Shown: positions 42,768 to 52,176, numbered from the stretch's first letter. The stretch: DNA of 53,831 nucleotides from Candidatus Curtissbacteria bacterium (GCA_016183325.1 JACPEV010000019.1:1-53831), one strand, 5' to 3'. The notes: generated by a model not told the origin, from the sequence alone. Made by a program: numbers and translations.

Positions 42768-44237
42768 ATGGCAAATATTAACATAATTATTAGAGGATCA
42801 TTCTTTTATTGGTTTATATTAGCATTGCTTTTTTTTCTGCAATTTCTCTTTACTCTAAATTCCACAAACCAAATAAGATATGAAGAACTTTCAGAATCGG
42901 TAAGAAATCCTTTCTGGCTAAACTCTCGCTATATGTTTGAGGGAGGAGCAAGCGTATCCTGGAATTTGTTTTTGCTCATTATTTATAACCTTTTTGGCTT
43001 TTCTCTTTTTGCTGCCAAGTTTGTAAAACTTGGAATCTTCGCAATTTCACTTTTTTGTCTTTGGGGTGTTCTCAAGAAATATTTAGGTAGGTGGCGAGCT
43101 GTTGTGCCGCTTGTGGTGACTTTTCTTTCGCCGACATTGCTTTATTTGAACATTCTTCAGAGTGCTTTTGGAATTGATCTATTACTGTTACCAATTTGTG
43201 CCTATTTGCTTTTGTCGATCGATTTTAAGAAGTTGGTTAGATCGAAAATTCTAATAAGAACGTTTTTACTCTGGTTTTTGGTAATGGTTTCTTGGTTGGC
43301 TTACCCCACATTCCTATTTTATTTACCTGCATTGTTTTTGTCTTATTTTTACAGGTTGATTAAGAGTAGTAAGTCGAAAGGTTTTCTTTTAGTGAATATT
43401 ACAGTTAGTTTATTGGGGTTTTTGGCACCACTTTTAGCAGTAATCCTGTATGTAAAAAATAAAGAGGTTCTTATTTATGATTCGGTAGGGCAGGTAGGGA
43501 GTTTATTTAGGGGAAACGGCTATTTTGATTTTAGTATTTTTACGTTTATTAAAAACTTCGCTTTCAATCTTTATTACCTTTTTTACCGATCTGGGGGATA
43601 CCATTTTGAAGTCTCTAAAGTAGATTTTTCTGATTTTTACCCAATCTTGACTCTTCTGGTTGTTGTGTGGTTTATATTTAAGCTTTTTAAAAACAAAAAG
43701 TACAAAGCGTTGATTTTGCTTATTGGGTCTGTGGTGGTTTTTAACGTCACAGTAGCTTACTTCACTCCTGATATGGGGCCTGGCATGCGCAGGTTTACGC
43801 CGATACTGGCCGCAATTTATGCTTTTTTTGTTCTAGTTTGGCATTATTTAACTTCTTCTAAGACAGAGCTTAGATTTAGAAAATTTTACATTTTGATTTT
43901 GTCGCTTTTGGTTTTGCATCATCTGATTGTCTATCCGATTAATTTAATCCACTTGAAGGATTTGGGTGTATATTATGAAAAGTTCTGGTTTACAAAAGCA
44001 GAGACGCCTAAAAAGTCACTTGATGAATATTTGGGCATCATTCAAAAAGAAGATCTATATTTAGAGTGTCCCGAGAACTCAAGATATTGCAGGTATAGCG
44101 AGATTTATGCGGCAATAGCAGCTTCCTGCTGGTGGCGCGGACTTGTTTGCCATGAAGTTTTGGGATGGTGGCCTAAGGCGGGCAAGTTCATTCCAATCTC
44201 CATTGATACCTGGAAAGTTTATAATTTCAGGTATTGA
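42768..44237 (+). CDS. polytopic membrane protein, GT-C-like
   Basis: More than 10 TM helices. Early loop IRYEELSESVRNPFW. Confidence 0.5.
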   Translation: MANINIIIRGSFFYWFILALLFFLQFLFTLNSTNQIRYEELSESVRNPFWLNSRYMFEGGASVSWNLFLLIIYNLFGFSLFAAKFVKLGIFAISLFCLWGVLKKYLGRWRAVVPLVVTFLSPTLLYLNILQSAFGIDLLLLPICAYLLLSIDFKKLVRSKILIRTFLLWFLVMVSWLAYPTFLFYLPALFLSYFYRLIKSSKSKGFLLVNITVSLLGFLAPLLAVILYVKNKEVLIYDSVGQVGSLFRGNGYFDFSIFTFIKNFAFNLYYLFYRSGGYHFEVSKVDFSDFYPILTLLVVVWFIFKLFKNKKYKALILLIGSVVVFNVTVAYFTPDMGPGMRRFTPILAAIYAFFVLVWHYLTSSKTELRFRKFYILILSLLVLHHLIVYPINLIHLKDLGVYYEKFWFTKAETPKKSLDEYLGIIQKEDLYLECPENSRYCRYSEIYAAIAASCWWRGLVCHEVLGWWPKAGKFIPISIDTWKVYNFRY

Positions 44238-44245
44238 GGGGGTTT

Positions 44246-45118
44246 ATGGCTGTTTGGATGAGTTTGAAAAGCAGAGTTTTTAGGGCTTATCGAGCGGTTG
44301 TGTTTTATCTTTCGCAAATGAATTTAGATTTTGCGGCATTTGTTACTCTGCACAACTTCTTAATGATGATTCTCAAACCGAAGATCCTAGAATTTGAAGG
44401 CCATAAAATTTTCCTTGACAAGAATAACTCATTAAGACTTTTTAAAACCCCAACCGATATCTCTCTGCAAACGACAATTGTCAGAAAAAATATCAAACTT
44501 GGGCAAGTAGTTATTGATGTGGGGGCCCATATCGGATATTATAGTTTGATTTTTGCAAAATTAGTTGGTAGTTCGGGGAGAGTTTTTGCATTCGAGCCGG
44601 ACAAAAATAATTTCTCACTGCTTGTTAAAAATGTACGTATAAACAATTATAAAAACGTAATTTGTGAACGGAAAGCGGTTGCTGATTTTTATGGCAGAAC
44701 TCGCCTCTATCTCTCAAATTCAAGCCAAGCCGACCACAGAGTCTATAAGACTTGGGAAAATCGAAAGTTTGTATTTGTACAAGTAATAACGTTAGATTCT
44801 TATTTTAAAAATTATCGCGGCAGGATAGATTTTGTAAAGATTGATGTGCAGGGTGCGGAGATGAAAGTACTTAAGGGAATGGCAGTGATGCTCAAAAAAA
44901 ATAAAAATATTAAAATTTTGACAGAATTTTGGCCAGAAGGAATAATTTCTTCTGGAGACGACCCTCTAAAATTTTTAAAGTTACTCGAAGATTTAGGATT
45001 TCGTCTCTGGGATATCAACGAAAGAAAACAAAGATTAATTAGAAGTAAAATTAATTATTTGATGAGGAGTTACACTCTTGAAAATAAGAAAGATACGAAT
45101 TTACTTTGTGCAAGATAG
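44246..45118 (+). CDS. FkbM-family SAM methyltransferase
   Basis: VIDVGAHIGYYSLIFA...VFAFEPDKNNFSLLVKNV...IDFVKIDVQGAEMKVLKGM. The ATG at 44246 is preceded by GAGGGGG. Confidence 0.85.
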   Translation: MAVWMSLKSRVFRAYRAVVFYLSQMNLDFAAFVTLHNFLMMILKPKILEFEGHKIFLDKNNSLRLFKTPTDISLQTTIVRKNIKLGQVVIDVGAHIGYYSLIFAKLVGSSGRVFAFEPDKNNFSLLVKNVRINNYKNVICERKAVADFYGRTRLYLSNSSQADHRVYKTWENRKFVFVQVITLDSYFKNYRGRIDFVKIDVQGAEMKVLKGMAVMLKKNKNIKILTEFWPEGIISSGDDPLKFLKLLEDLGFRLWDINERKQRLIRSKINYLMRSYTLENKKDTNLLCAR

Positions 45119-45599
45119 CTCCGGAATCTTTAAAGAGATGAACTTATTTATTTCGGAAAAAATTGTTTACACTGTTACGAATGAGATCCAAAAAGGGGAA
45201 AAGGTGCTTGCGCTTTTGGATTCGGATCATAGCTGCGATCATGTATTCACAAGTTTCGCACATGATGTCATCCTGGAGCGAAGTGAAACGAAGCGATAGG
45301 ATCTACTTTAAGAATTAAGATTCTATCGTGGTCGTTGCCACTCCAGAATGACAGATGAAAGTAGTTTAGTGCGAAACTCGTGGTATTTTCGGAACTGCGC
45401 ATCTACTCTAGTTTGGTTTCGCTTAGACAATATCTGATTGTCGAGGATACGGCGGGTTGGTGGGCATCCTATTTATGCGAGTTATGGGCCCGGTCCGTAT
45501 GAAGCGGTGATGGAATTTATGAAGAGGGAGCAAAAGTTTGTTGTCGATAAATCTTGCGAGAAATATTTGGTGACAGCCAATCCCCAAGGCTTATCTTAA
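45078..45599 (+). pseudogene. CmcI (cephalosporin-hydroxylase-family) methyltransferase remnant: N-terminus missing, split by a MITE, plus one frameshift
   Basis: Family blocks ...KVLALLDSDHSCDHVF | MITE | SELRIYSSLVSLRQYLIVEDT | frame change | GHPIYASYGPGPYEAVMEFMK...LVTANPQG. Confidence 0.75.
45248..45382. mobile_element. 135-bp MITE with 14-bp TIRs and 5-bp target-site duplication inside the CmcI-like pseudogene
   Basis: The TIR CACAAGTTTCGCAC (45248-45261) matches the reverse complement of 45369-45382 (CACGAGTTTCGCAC). GTATT occurs at 45243-45247 and 45383-45387. Inner inverted repeat TGTCATCCTGGAG / CTCCAGAATGACA. Confidence 0.85.
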
Positions 45600-46904
45600 G
45601 AGGGTTCGCTGATTTCTGACTTTATTCCGGGGTATAAATTCCTCGCTGGATACAAAAAAAGTGATAGTTACAAGAGTTGAGAGATAGGCGATATAGTTGT
45701 GATTCAGGTTTCTGGCGAAATATAAAAGCAGGAAAAGAAGCAAAGAGTAATTTAGGAGTACTTGCCCGATTTTGTTATTTTTCTTTTGTCGCCAAAGTAA
45801 AATTAGGGTGGCTGGCACTGCGATCAAAATCTGAAGTAAACCAAAAGGGAAATAGGCACTGCGACTTTGAATAATGCCCATGTTATAAAGTATTTCCGAG
45901 AAACCATATCCGCTTAAGACGGTAGTGTCACTTGAAAAGATCCAGATATCATCCCAAAAGTTTTTGGGATTTTGGATAACGAATGGTAAGACTACGACCG
46001 CAAACAAAACCCCGGCGTATTTAGATGATTGGAGTAAAAATTTAATTTTATCCACTGGGGCTTTTTTATCCAAATTAGCGAGGTAGAAGAAGAGAAAAGG
46101 TGCAAGAGGCCAGGCAAGTTGCTTGATTGCACTTGCGATGGCAAACAGCGCAATCGCGAGCTGATATTTTTTTGCTTTAAGAGCATAAGTTGTTGCCAGA
46201 ATGAAGAATACGATATAGATATCATTGAGTCCCCAAAGGAACGAGGAAATAAAAAGAGGATTAAAGGCGACAAGGGTGGCAAAAACAATTTTTTTTTGAG
46301 GTAGCTTGGTGAACCGGAAAATTAAATATAAACTACAAGTTAAAAATATAAGAGAAATTATTCTTGTATCAAAAAACCCTAAAATGTTTTGGAAAATCAA
46401 ATATCCGGCTGAGTTAATAATTACTATAGCGGGAAGGTATGGAAAATGATCGACGGTTGGATTTCTTTTAATATCACCGACCTTGTAAGGCCAGTTAGCA
46501 AGGGCATCTTGATAACTTATTGAATATGGATTTTTAAATTCGAGAAGTTTTTTTGATGCTTCTTCAACCATGATAGCACCATCAACTATCAAGATTGGGG
46601 ATGTGTTATCCATCCTTATTGAGATCAGTTTAATTGCGGGAATATAAATTAATAATAAGACAATCAGAAAAAACGTAATATTTTTTAATTTAAAAGCAAA
46701 TCTCGTTAGTTTTATTTTTGAATAATGATCGATTAATAAATAAAAGATAATACAAGCGATAATTGTCGAAATAAAAATATAGCTGGTGACTTTTGCAGTT
46801 GAGGTGATTAAATACTGAAAAGCTAAAATAGTAAACAAGATAGCATCTAAAGAAAGAACTGACTCGACTGTTTTTTTAGGTAGGTTCTTTTTAAGATCAG
46901 GCAT
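45591..46904 (-). CDS. GT-C-type polytopic membrane glycosyltransferase candidate (DUF2029/GT87-like), paralog of 22081-23286
   Basis: See the shared NPY...Y(L/S)P motif block. 12+ TM helices. Confidence 0.6.
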   Translation of the reverse strand: MPDLKKNLPKKTVESVLSLDAILFTILAFQYLITSTAKVTSYIFISTIIACIIFYLLIDHYSKIKLTRFAFKLKNITFFLIVLLLIYIPAIKLISIRMDNTSPILIVDGAIMVEEASKKLLEFKNPYSISYQDALANWPYKVGDIKRNPTVDHFPYLPAIVIINSAGYLIFQNILGFFDTRIISLIFLTCSLYLIFRFTKLPQKKIVFATLVAFNPLFISSFLWGLNDIYIVFFILATTYALKAKKYQLAIALFAIASAIKQLAWPLAPFLFFYLANLDKKAPVDKIKFLLQSSKYAGVLFAVVVLPFVIQNPKNFWDDIWIFSSDTTVLSGYGFSEILYNMGIIQSRSAYFPFGLLQILIAVPATLILLWRQKKNNKIGQVLLNYSLLLFLLLYFARNLNHNYIAYLSTLVTITFFVSSEEFIPRNKVRNQRTLLR

Positions 46905-47841
46905 TTGTATTTTTTTTACGTTCGTGTAAAGATTTAGAAATATTTTTCAGGTTCCAAAATAAGCCCTTAATCATTGGCAAGAAACTTCTTTCTCTTAATA
47001 TAAGCGATCGATATGGGGTGAAGATTAAAAATTGAAAGAAAAAGGCAGAAATGATTTGGGCGATGTTGGCGTGTTTTAAAATTAGGCTAAATTTGCTTTT
47101 GTAGTCTTCAAAATATTTAAAATCTCTCATTTCTGGTTTGTTCACGGTGGCGCCGCCAAAATGCCAAAGGATAGCTTTAGGATAATAGGTGATTTGGTAT
47201 CCGAGTTTTTTGGCCCGTAGGCAAAAATCCAGTTCCTCGCCGATGAAGAAAAAACCTTCATCAAAGCCGCCGAGTTTTTGCCAAAGAGACCGCGAGATAC
47301 AAAGACCGCAACCCTGCACCCAATCGACGATCACTGGGTTTTTGGTAACTTTTCCCATGGTAAATGTTCCTAGAAAAAAATGGTAATAGAGCGGTTTAAC
47401 TAAAACCTCGCGGGGTTTTTCGAGATCCATGATTTTGGGGCCAACGATGCCAGTTTTGGAATGGTGAATTAAATAATCTATCAAGTATCTTAGACAGTTT
47501 CTTTCCAAAATGACGTCATTGTTGGTGATGAAGAGGTATTGACCGGTGGCTTTTTGGCAGGCAATGTTAACTGCTTTGGCGAAGCCTAAGTTTTTTTTGC
47601 TTTTGATTATTTTTACTTTGGGGTAGGTTTTTTTGATTATTTCTGCTGAGCCATCAAAAGAGCCATTGTCAAAGACTATCACCTCAAGTCGGTCTTTAGG
47701 AAAATTGAGACTTTGAATTGACTTAAGAGCGCCGAGGGTGTTATTTATGCCGTTTAAGATGGGAAAAGTGATAGAAACAGTCGGAATTGCCACTGAGACC
47801 TTCGGTTTTAGGTAATCAAATATTTTTTTTCGACCATACAT
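46897..47841 (-). CDS. GT2-family glycosyltransferase
   Basis: LEVIVFDNGSFDGSAE and FITNNDVIL motifs. Confidence 0.85.
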   Translation of the reverse strand: MYGRKKIFDYLKPKVSVAIPTVSITFPILNGINNTLGALKSIQSLNFPKDRLEVIVFDNGSFDGSAEIIKKTYPKVKIIKSKKNLGFAKAVNIACQKATGQYLFITNNDVILERNCLRYLIDYLIHHSKTGIVGPKIMDLEKPREVLVKPLYYHFFLGTFTMGKVTKNPVIVDWVQGCGLCISRSLWQKLGGFDEGFFFIGEELDFCLRAKKLGYQITYYPKAILWHFGGATVNKPEMRDFKYFEDYKSKFSLILKHANIAQIISAFFFQFLIFTPYRSLILRERSFLPMIKGLFWNLKNISKSLHERKKNTNA

Positions 47842-48577
47842 AATAATGTGGAGAGAACATTTGAGTTAGGATTTTGTAATTTTTAATTTTTCTCTGTCTT
47901 GTTTTGTAAAATGAAAAAGCGTTTTTAAAATCTTGCCATTTTAGACTGTAAATTATCCTTATAATTTCTTTAAATTTTTGAAGGAAGTTGCGTTTCGGTA
48001 GTATTGTTTTGACAAAAGATAAATGATTTTTATTGATTATCTTTTGCCAGATTTTCGGCGATGAACCTTTAAAATTTTCTACTAAGAGGACAGAACCCTT
48101 GTTAGACAAAAATCTGGATATACCCTTATAAAACTCTTTATGTATTCTCCATCCTGGATCGATTAAGATCTTGTTTCTTTGATATTCCTTGAGGGTGCCG
48201 TTAAAATGGGGGGGATTGCCGACAACTAAGTCCCATTTTGCGTCTTTAGGGATTTTGTCAAAAACATCACAGACGTAGGCTGTAACATTCTTAAGACCGT
48301 TTGACTTTATGGTCTTGATGCAACATTTTATTGCCTGCGGATTGACATCTATAAGGCACAATTTTTGGCAAAGACCGCTTGCTAAAAGCGAGAAGCCGAT
48401 AAAACCGCATCCAGAGGCAAATTCGCAAACCTTGTCGACTTTCCCAAATAATTGCTTGACCAATTTTTGATAATCATGCACAAAATCGCGACCCCCGCCA
48501 TCTAATGCGGGTAGATAATAGATTTTAAGGCCATTGTACTTGACTATTTGCCAATTGTGCTTGAGACCTTCCATCAT
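47816..48577 (-). CDS. SAM-dependent methyltransferase with NPPH motif (MTS / N-methyltransferase-like)
   Basis: VCEFASGCGFIGFSLL (motif I) and DLVVGNPPHF (motif IV). Confidence 0.7.
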   Translation of the reverse strand: MMEGLKHNWQIVKYNGLKIYYLPALDGGGRDFVHDYQKLVKQLFGKVDKVCEFASGCGFIGFSLLASGLCQKLCLIDVNPQAIKCCIKTIKSNGLKNVTAYVCDVFDKIPKDAKWDLVVGNPPHFNGTLKEYQRNKILIDPGWRIHKEFYKGISRFLSNKGSVLLVENFKGSSPKIWQKIINKNHLSFVKTILPKRNFLQKFKEIIRIIYSLKWQDFKNAFSFYKTRQRKIKNYKILTQMFSPHYYVWSKKNI

Positions 48578-49335
48578 TTTCTACTAATTACAAAAAAACA
48601 ACTCGGGATGTTTTTAAAAGTAGGCAAAAAGCTAAAAACCCGCCCTAAGTTTACTGGCAGAGTCCAAAAGCCTTTATAGATTATTTTTAATTGAGCATTG
48701 GTTATCATTTTTTCTAGTGCCGACCATCTGAGAGGTGTTTCGATAGGCTGATTTTTTACTCCCATAAAATGGGTGAGAGCCAAGCGCATGAGTGGGGCAA
48801 AAGGCAGGTCGAATTCCCGATGGACCGTTAAAATCTGAATTTTGGCAACCCTGGCCATTTCCTTGATAGCCAGATTGGGGTTGGCAAACTGTTCAAGATT
48901 GCCGGTGTTGATTACCATATCAAAGGCATTTTCAATAAAGGGCAAATGGTGGCTATCTGCCAAAACAAGATTTTTTGCACCCAGTTTTTGGGCGTTTTTT
49001 AAGGCATTGAGAGAGAATTCTAAACCGACGGTTTCTTCAGAAAACTGTTCGATAAAACCGTCACCACAGGCAATATCAAGAGTGCGATTGCCCCGAGCAA
49101 ATCTTCCTAGAATTTCGTAGGAGCCGTCCTGCGGGCCTTCAAAGACCTTTTGGTGCATGTGGTTATACTGATTTTGCGACCTTTTTGTTTCTTTGTCAGT
49201 TATATATAAGAGTTCCCAGATACCATCTTGATATCTGTAAGCAAACTGGCACTTTGGGCATCGCCCCTTTGAGCCGCCAGGATTTAATTTGGTTTGACAG
49301 CGCGGACAGGCCAGAATTTTTCTGAGATCGACCAT
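48574..49335 (-). CDS. class I SAM methyltransferase with N-terminal Zn-ribbon (Trm112-like)
   Basis: CPRCQTKL...CPKCQFAY followed by TLDIACGDGF. Confidence 0.75.
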   Translation of the reverse strand: MVDLRKILACPRCQTKLNPGGSKGRCPKCQFAYRYQDGIWELLYITDKETKRSQNQYNHMHQKVFEGPQDGSYEILGRFARGNRTLDIACGDGFIEQFSEETVGLEFSLNALKNAQKLGAKNLVLADSHHLPFIENAFDMVINTGNLEQFANPNLAIKEMARVAKIQILTVHREFDLPFAPLMRLALTHFMGVKNQPIETPLRWSALEKMITNAQLKIIYKGFWTLPVNLGRVFSFLPTFKNIPSCFFVISRK

Positions 49336-49337
49336 AA

Positions 49338-50216
49338 TTACCGTTTTCTATATTTTAATGTTTTTCGTAAATTTTGGAGATTCCAAAGGAGTGCTTTGGC
49401 AAAAGGGATAACCCGATGGTCTTTACGGGTGACGGCAATATAAGGGAGAGTAAGTATCTGGCAGAAGAGGATTGAGATGATGTTTGAAAACGATAAATTT
49501 TTAATAGCAAATCTGAGTTTACTTTGATACCATCCATAATGTTTAAGTTTACGGTTGCGATTGGCCGTGGTGCTTTCCCCATGCCAAAATATAGCTTGGG
49601 GCAGATATACGACTTTGAAACCGGCCTTTTTTACCCTTAAGCAATAGTCGAAATCGTCAAAGGAGTAGGTAAAGTTGTCATCTAAAAGTCCAACTTTAGC
49701 TAATATTTTTCTGGGGACTAACATAGCACAGCCAGGGATCCATTCGGGTTCTTTAATTATATTGGGTTCTTGATAAGAGCCGACGTTTCCAGTCCAGGGA
49801 TTCATGTGGTAGCCGCAAGAGGCCAGTTTTTGAGGATTTGATTTGAGATAGATTTTTCCTCCAAGAACTGCCAAGTCGTGGAGTTTTTGACTATAATTGA
49901 TAAGATTTTTAAGGCTATTTTTTTCAAAGACAATGTCATCGTTGGTGATAAAGATGTATTGACCTTTGGCAAGTTTGATGCCTTGATTTATAGCTTTAGC
50001 AAAACCAAGATTTTTTTTATTTTTAATTAAAATAACTTCAGGGAATTTTTTTTGAATCTTTAAGCTGGAACCATCAGTCGAGCCATTATCAATGGTAATA
50101 ATTGCTATTTTTTCTTTAGGATAGTTAAGATTTTTAATTGATTTAATACAGTCTAGAGGTTCTTTTCCGCCGTTATAGTTTGGAAAGATTATGGAAACTT
50201 TTGGTAGATTCATCAA
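49338..50216 (-). CDS. GT2-family glycosyltransferase
   Basis: VSIIFPNYNG...IAIITIDNGSTDGS and FITNDDIVF. Confidence 0.85.
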   Translation of the reverse strand: MMNLPKVSIIFPNYNGGKEPLDCIKSIKNLNYPKEKIAIITIDNGSTDGSSLKIQKKFPEVILIKNKKNLGFAKAINQGIKLAKGQYIFITNDDIVFEKNSLKNLINYSQKLHDLAVLGGKIYLKSNPQKLASCGYHMNPWTGNVGSYQEPNIIKEPEWIPGCAMLVPRKILAKVGLLDDNFTYSFDDFDYCLRVKKAGFKVVYLPQAIFWHGESTTANRNRKLKHYGWYQSKLRFAIKNLSFSNIISILFCQILTLPYIAVTRKDHRVIPFAKALLWNLQNLRKTLKYRKR

Positions 50217-50312
50217 GAAGTTTAATACAAGTAGTTTATCTTTGGATATATTATCAGATTATGGACTTTACAGATGAACGAAAAATATGGAAAAATACAG
50301 AAAAAGGTCTTT

Positions 50313-50870
50313 ATGAATACAAGACTTATTAGAACTCCAATTAGCGATCTTTTCGAAGTGGAGATCGATTACTTTCAAGACGAACGGGGGTTTTTTATGG
50401 AGTCGTGGAACCAGCAAGAATTCGCCAAAGCTGGCCTTGATCTGACTTTTGTCCAAGACTCACTTTCGGGATCAAAGTCTGGGGTTTTGCGGGGTTTGCA
50501 TTTTCAAGATAAGCGAGCACCGCTTTCAAAGCTAGTGCGTTGCAGTCAGGGCAAGGTGTTTGACGTGGCGGTTGATATGAGAAAATCATCTAGGACATTC
50601 GGGAGATGGTTCGGAGTAGAGTTGTCTGGCGATAACAAGAAACAGCTTTATATTCCGGCGGGGTTTGCCCATGGATATCAAGTTTTGTCCGACTGGGCAG
50701 AGGTTTTCTACAAACAGACAGAATATTGGAATGCTGAGGCAGAAGTGACCTTGATTTGGAACGATCCGGACGTGGGAATTATTTGGCCGATTGCTGATCC
50801 GATTCTTTCTGATCGCGATGCTCGCGGCATCAGTTTTGCAACTTACCTCAAAAACCCGGCATTTACCTAA
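50313..50870 (+). CDS. rfbC: dTDP-4-dehydrorhamnose 3,5-epimerase
   Basis: FQDERGFFMESW, LRGLHFQ, KLVRCSQGKVFDVAVDMR, QLYIPAGFAHGYQVLS. I prefer the internal ATG (MNTRLIRTPI...) over the track start at 50274. Confidence 0.9.
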   Translation: MNTRLIRTPISDLFEVEIDYFQDERGFFMESWNQQEFAKAGLDLTFVQDSLSGSKSGVLRGLHFQDKRAPLSKLVRCSQGKVFDVAVDMRKSSRTFGRWFGVELSGDNKKQLYIPAGFAHGYQVLSDWAEVFYKQTEYWNAEAEVTLIWNDPDVGIIWPIADPILSDRDARGISFATYLKNPAFT

Positions 50871-50874
50871 AGTT

Positions 50875-50907
50875 GATGCGGCCGATTTTGGAAAGAAGGG
50901 GATTTAG
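50875..50907. repeat. cassette-junction core repeat, copy 1
   Basis: GATGCGGCCGATTTTGGAAAGAAGGGGATTTAG, 5 bp after the rfbC stop. Confidence 0.85.
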
Positions 50908-50953
50908 GCTGCGTCTTGACCGATGACATCAAATACCCTAAAATGGGTAGTAT

Positions 50954-51247
50954 ATGAATCAAATACGTTTGCAGAAAACGCCCGAAATAGAAAAAGTATT
51001 GGCGTATCTTCGCAGTAAGTATAACGTGCTCTCCGAAGCTGAAATTCTGAAACTGGCATTATCTGAAAAGTATTATCGAGAAATAAGCAGTGTTGAGACC
51101 GAACAGCAGCTCAGAAAATTGTATCGAGATCTTAAAAGTGAAGGTAAAAAGCTTGGTGATAAGCTTCTTGCAAAAAAAGGCCTAAAAAGAAAAAATGTGA
51201 GCGAGGCGGAATTTTACAGTAAGGTCATTGAACCCGATAATGCTTAA
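50954..51247 (+). CDS. small antitoxin-like protein partnered with the PIN gene
   Basis: 97 aa. 20-nt overlap with the downstream PIN ORF. No motif recognised. Confidence 0.5.
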   Translation: MNQIRLQKTPEIEKVLAYLRSKYNVLSEAEILKLALSEKYYREISSVETEQQLRKLYRDLKSEGKKLGDKLLAKKGLKRKNVSEAEFYSKVIEPDNA

Positions 51248-51656
51248 GGTCGTACTAGATACAAACATGTATCTATCAGCACTTTTGTACGGCGGCATGG
51301 CGGAGAAAATCTTAGACCTTGTTGCTGATAGTAAACTTGAACTTCTTGTTTCACCTGAACTCATCGCTGAAGTACTAAGAAAATTTCAAGAAAAAGGAGC
51401 GAATGAAAGTATGCTTCAGAGGATTAATGTATTTCTTGATTACAAAGGGAATATGGTTATACCTAAAGTAAAAATTAATATTTGTCGTGACCCGAATGAT
51501 AATTTTCTTTTAGAGCTATCACAAACTGCAGAGGCAGATTACTTGGTCAGTCGGGATAAAGATCTTTTGGAGCTGCCTAATCATAAGTGGAAGAAAACAA
51601 AAATTTTAACACCGGAAGAATTTTTGCCAATATTGCGTTTGCAGAAAATCATTTGA
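51228..51656 (+). CDS. PIN-domain toxin (TIGR00305/PIN_3-like)
   Basis: VVLDTNMYLSALLYGG...SPELIAEVLRKF...DPNDNFLLELSQTAEADYLVSRDKDLLEL. Confidence 0.8.
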   Translation: MNPIMLKVVLDTNMYLSALLYGGMAEKILDLVADSKLELLVSPELIAEVLRKFQEKGANESMLQRINVFLDYKGNMVIPKVKINICRDPNDNFLLELSQTAEADYLVSRDKDLLELPNHKWKKTKILTPEEFLPILRLQKII

Positions 51657-51672
51657 TTTAACAAAATTGTTT

Positions 51673-51734
51673 CCCTTTGAGATCAGTTTTCACCCCACAA
51701 ATTAGAGCGGACGATTTTGGAGAAGGGGATTTAG
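51673..51734. repeat. orphan DUF2283 3' end (PFEISFHPTN*) plus junction core repeat, copy 2
   Basis: ccc ttt gag atc agt ttt cac ccc aca aat tag (51673-51705), then AGCGGACGATTTTGGAGAAGGGGATTTAG (51706-51734). Confidence 0.85.
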
Positions 51735-51770
51735 TAATTTGGACATATAATGCACTGGGGCTTTTGAAGG

Positions 51771-51884
51771 GTAACTACTCAGTCTCTTTGACAAACTTTT
51801 ATTGTTCGAGCGTAAGCGAGAACTTCTCACTTCGCCTTTCAGGCTCGTTCGAAGAATATTGTGTCAAGAACTGTGAGTAGTTAC
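51771..51884. mobile_element. 114-bp MITE with perfect 11-bp TIRs and 8-bp target-site duplication
   Basis: TIRs GTAACTACTCA (51771-51781) / TGAGTAGTTAC (51874-51884). TTTGAAGG occurs at 51763-51770 and 51885-51892. Confidence 0.8.
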
Positions 51885-51922
51885 TTTGAAGGTGAGCGCC
51901 TTGCAGTTTTTGAAGCTGAAAA

Positions 51923-51946
51923 CTTTAATGATTTAAATCATTAAAG
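51923..51946. repeat. perfect 24-bp palindrome
   Basis: CTTTAATGATTTAAATCATTAAAG. Confidence 0.9.
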
Positions 51947-51994
51947 AGAGGATGAGAGAAAAGGAAAGATCTTTGAAAGTAGCGCGTGCTTTAC

Positions 51995-52056
51995 AGATAT
52001 TTAGCCACAAAAAAGGCTACGAAGTGGGAGGATTTGAAGAGGAGGCCGAGAAATTC
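51995..52056. repeat. second junction block, displaced copy
   Basis: AGATATTTAGCC...CGAAGTGGGAGGATTTGAAGAGGAGGCCGAGAAATTC. Compare 52689-52755. Confidence 0.75.
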
Positions 52057-52176
52057 TAAAGGGTGTTTGTGGATGAGAGCTGGTTTTTTGAATAGAACAT
52101 TCTCAAAGCTAGTTTGACTGAAGATAGTTTCGGTTCGGTAAAGATAAGATATGATATGAATGAATGATATTAAATT

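Noticed and set aside
51677-51880. Track ORF 51677-51880
   Set aside because: It is read straight through the junction repeat and the 114-bp MITE (peptide ..SVSENFSLRLSGSFEEY..), so it is an artefact of repeat sequence.
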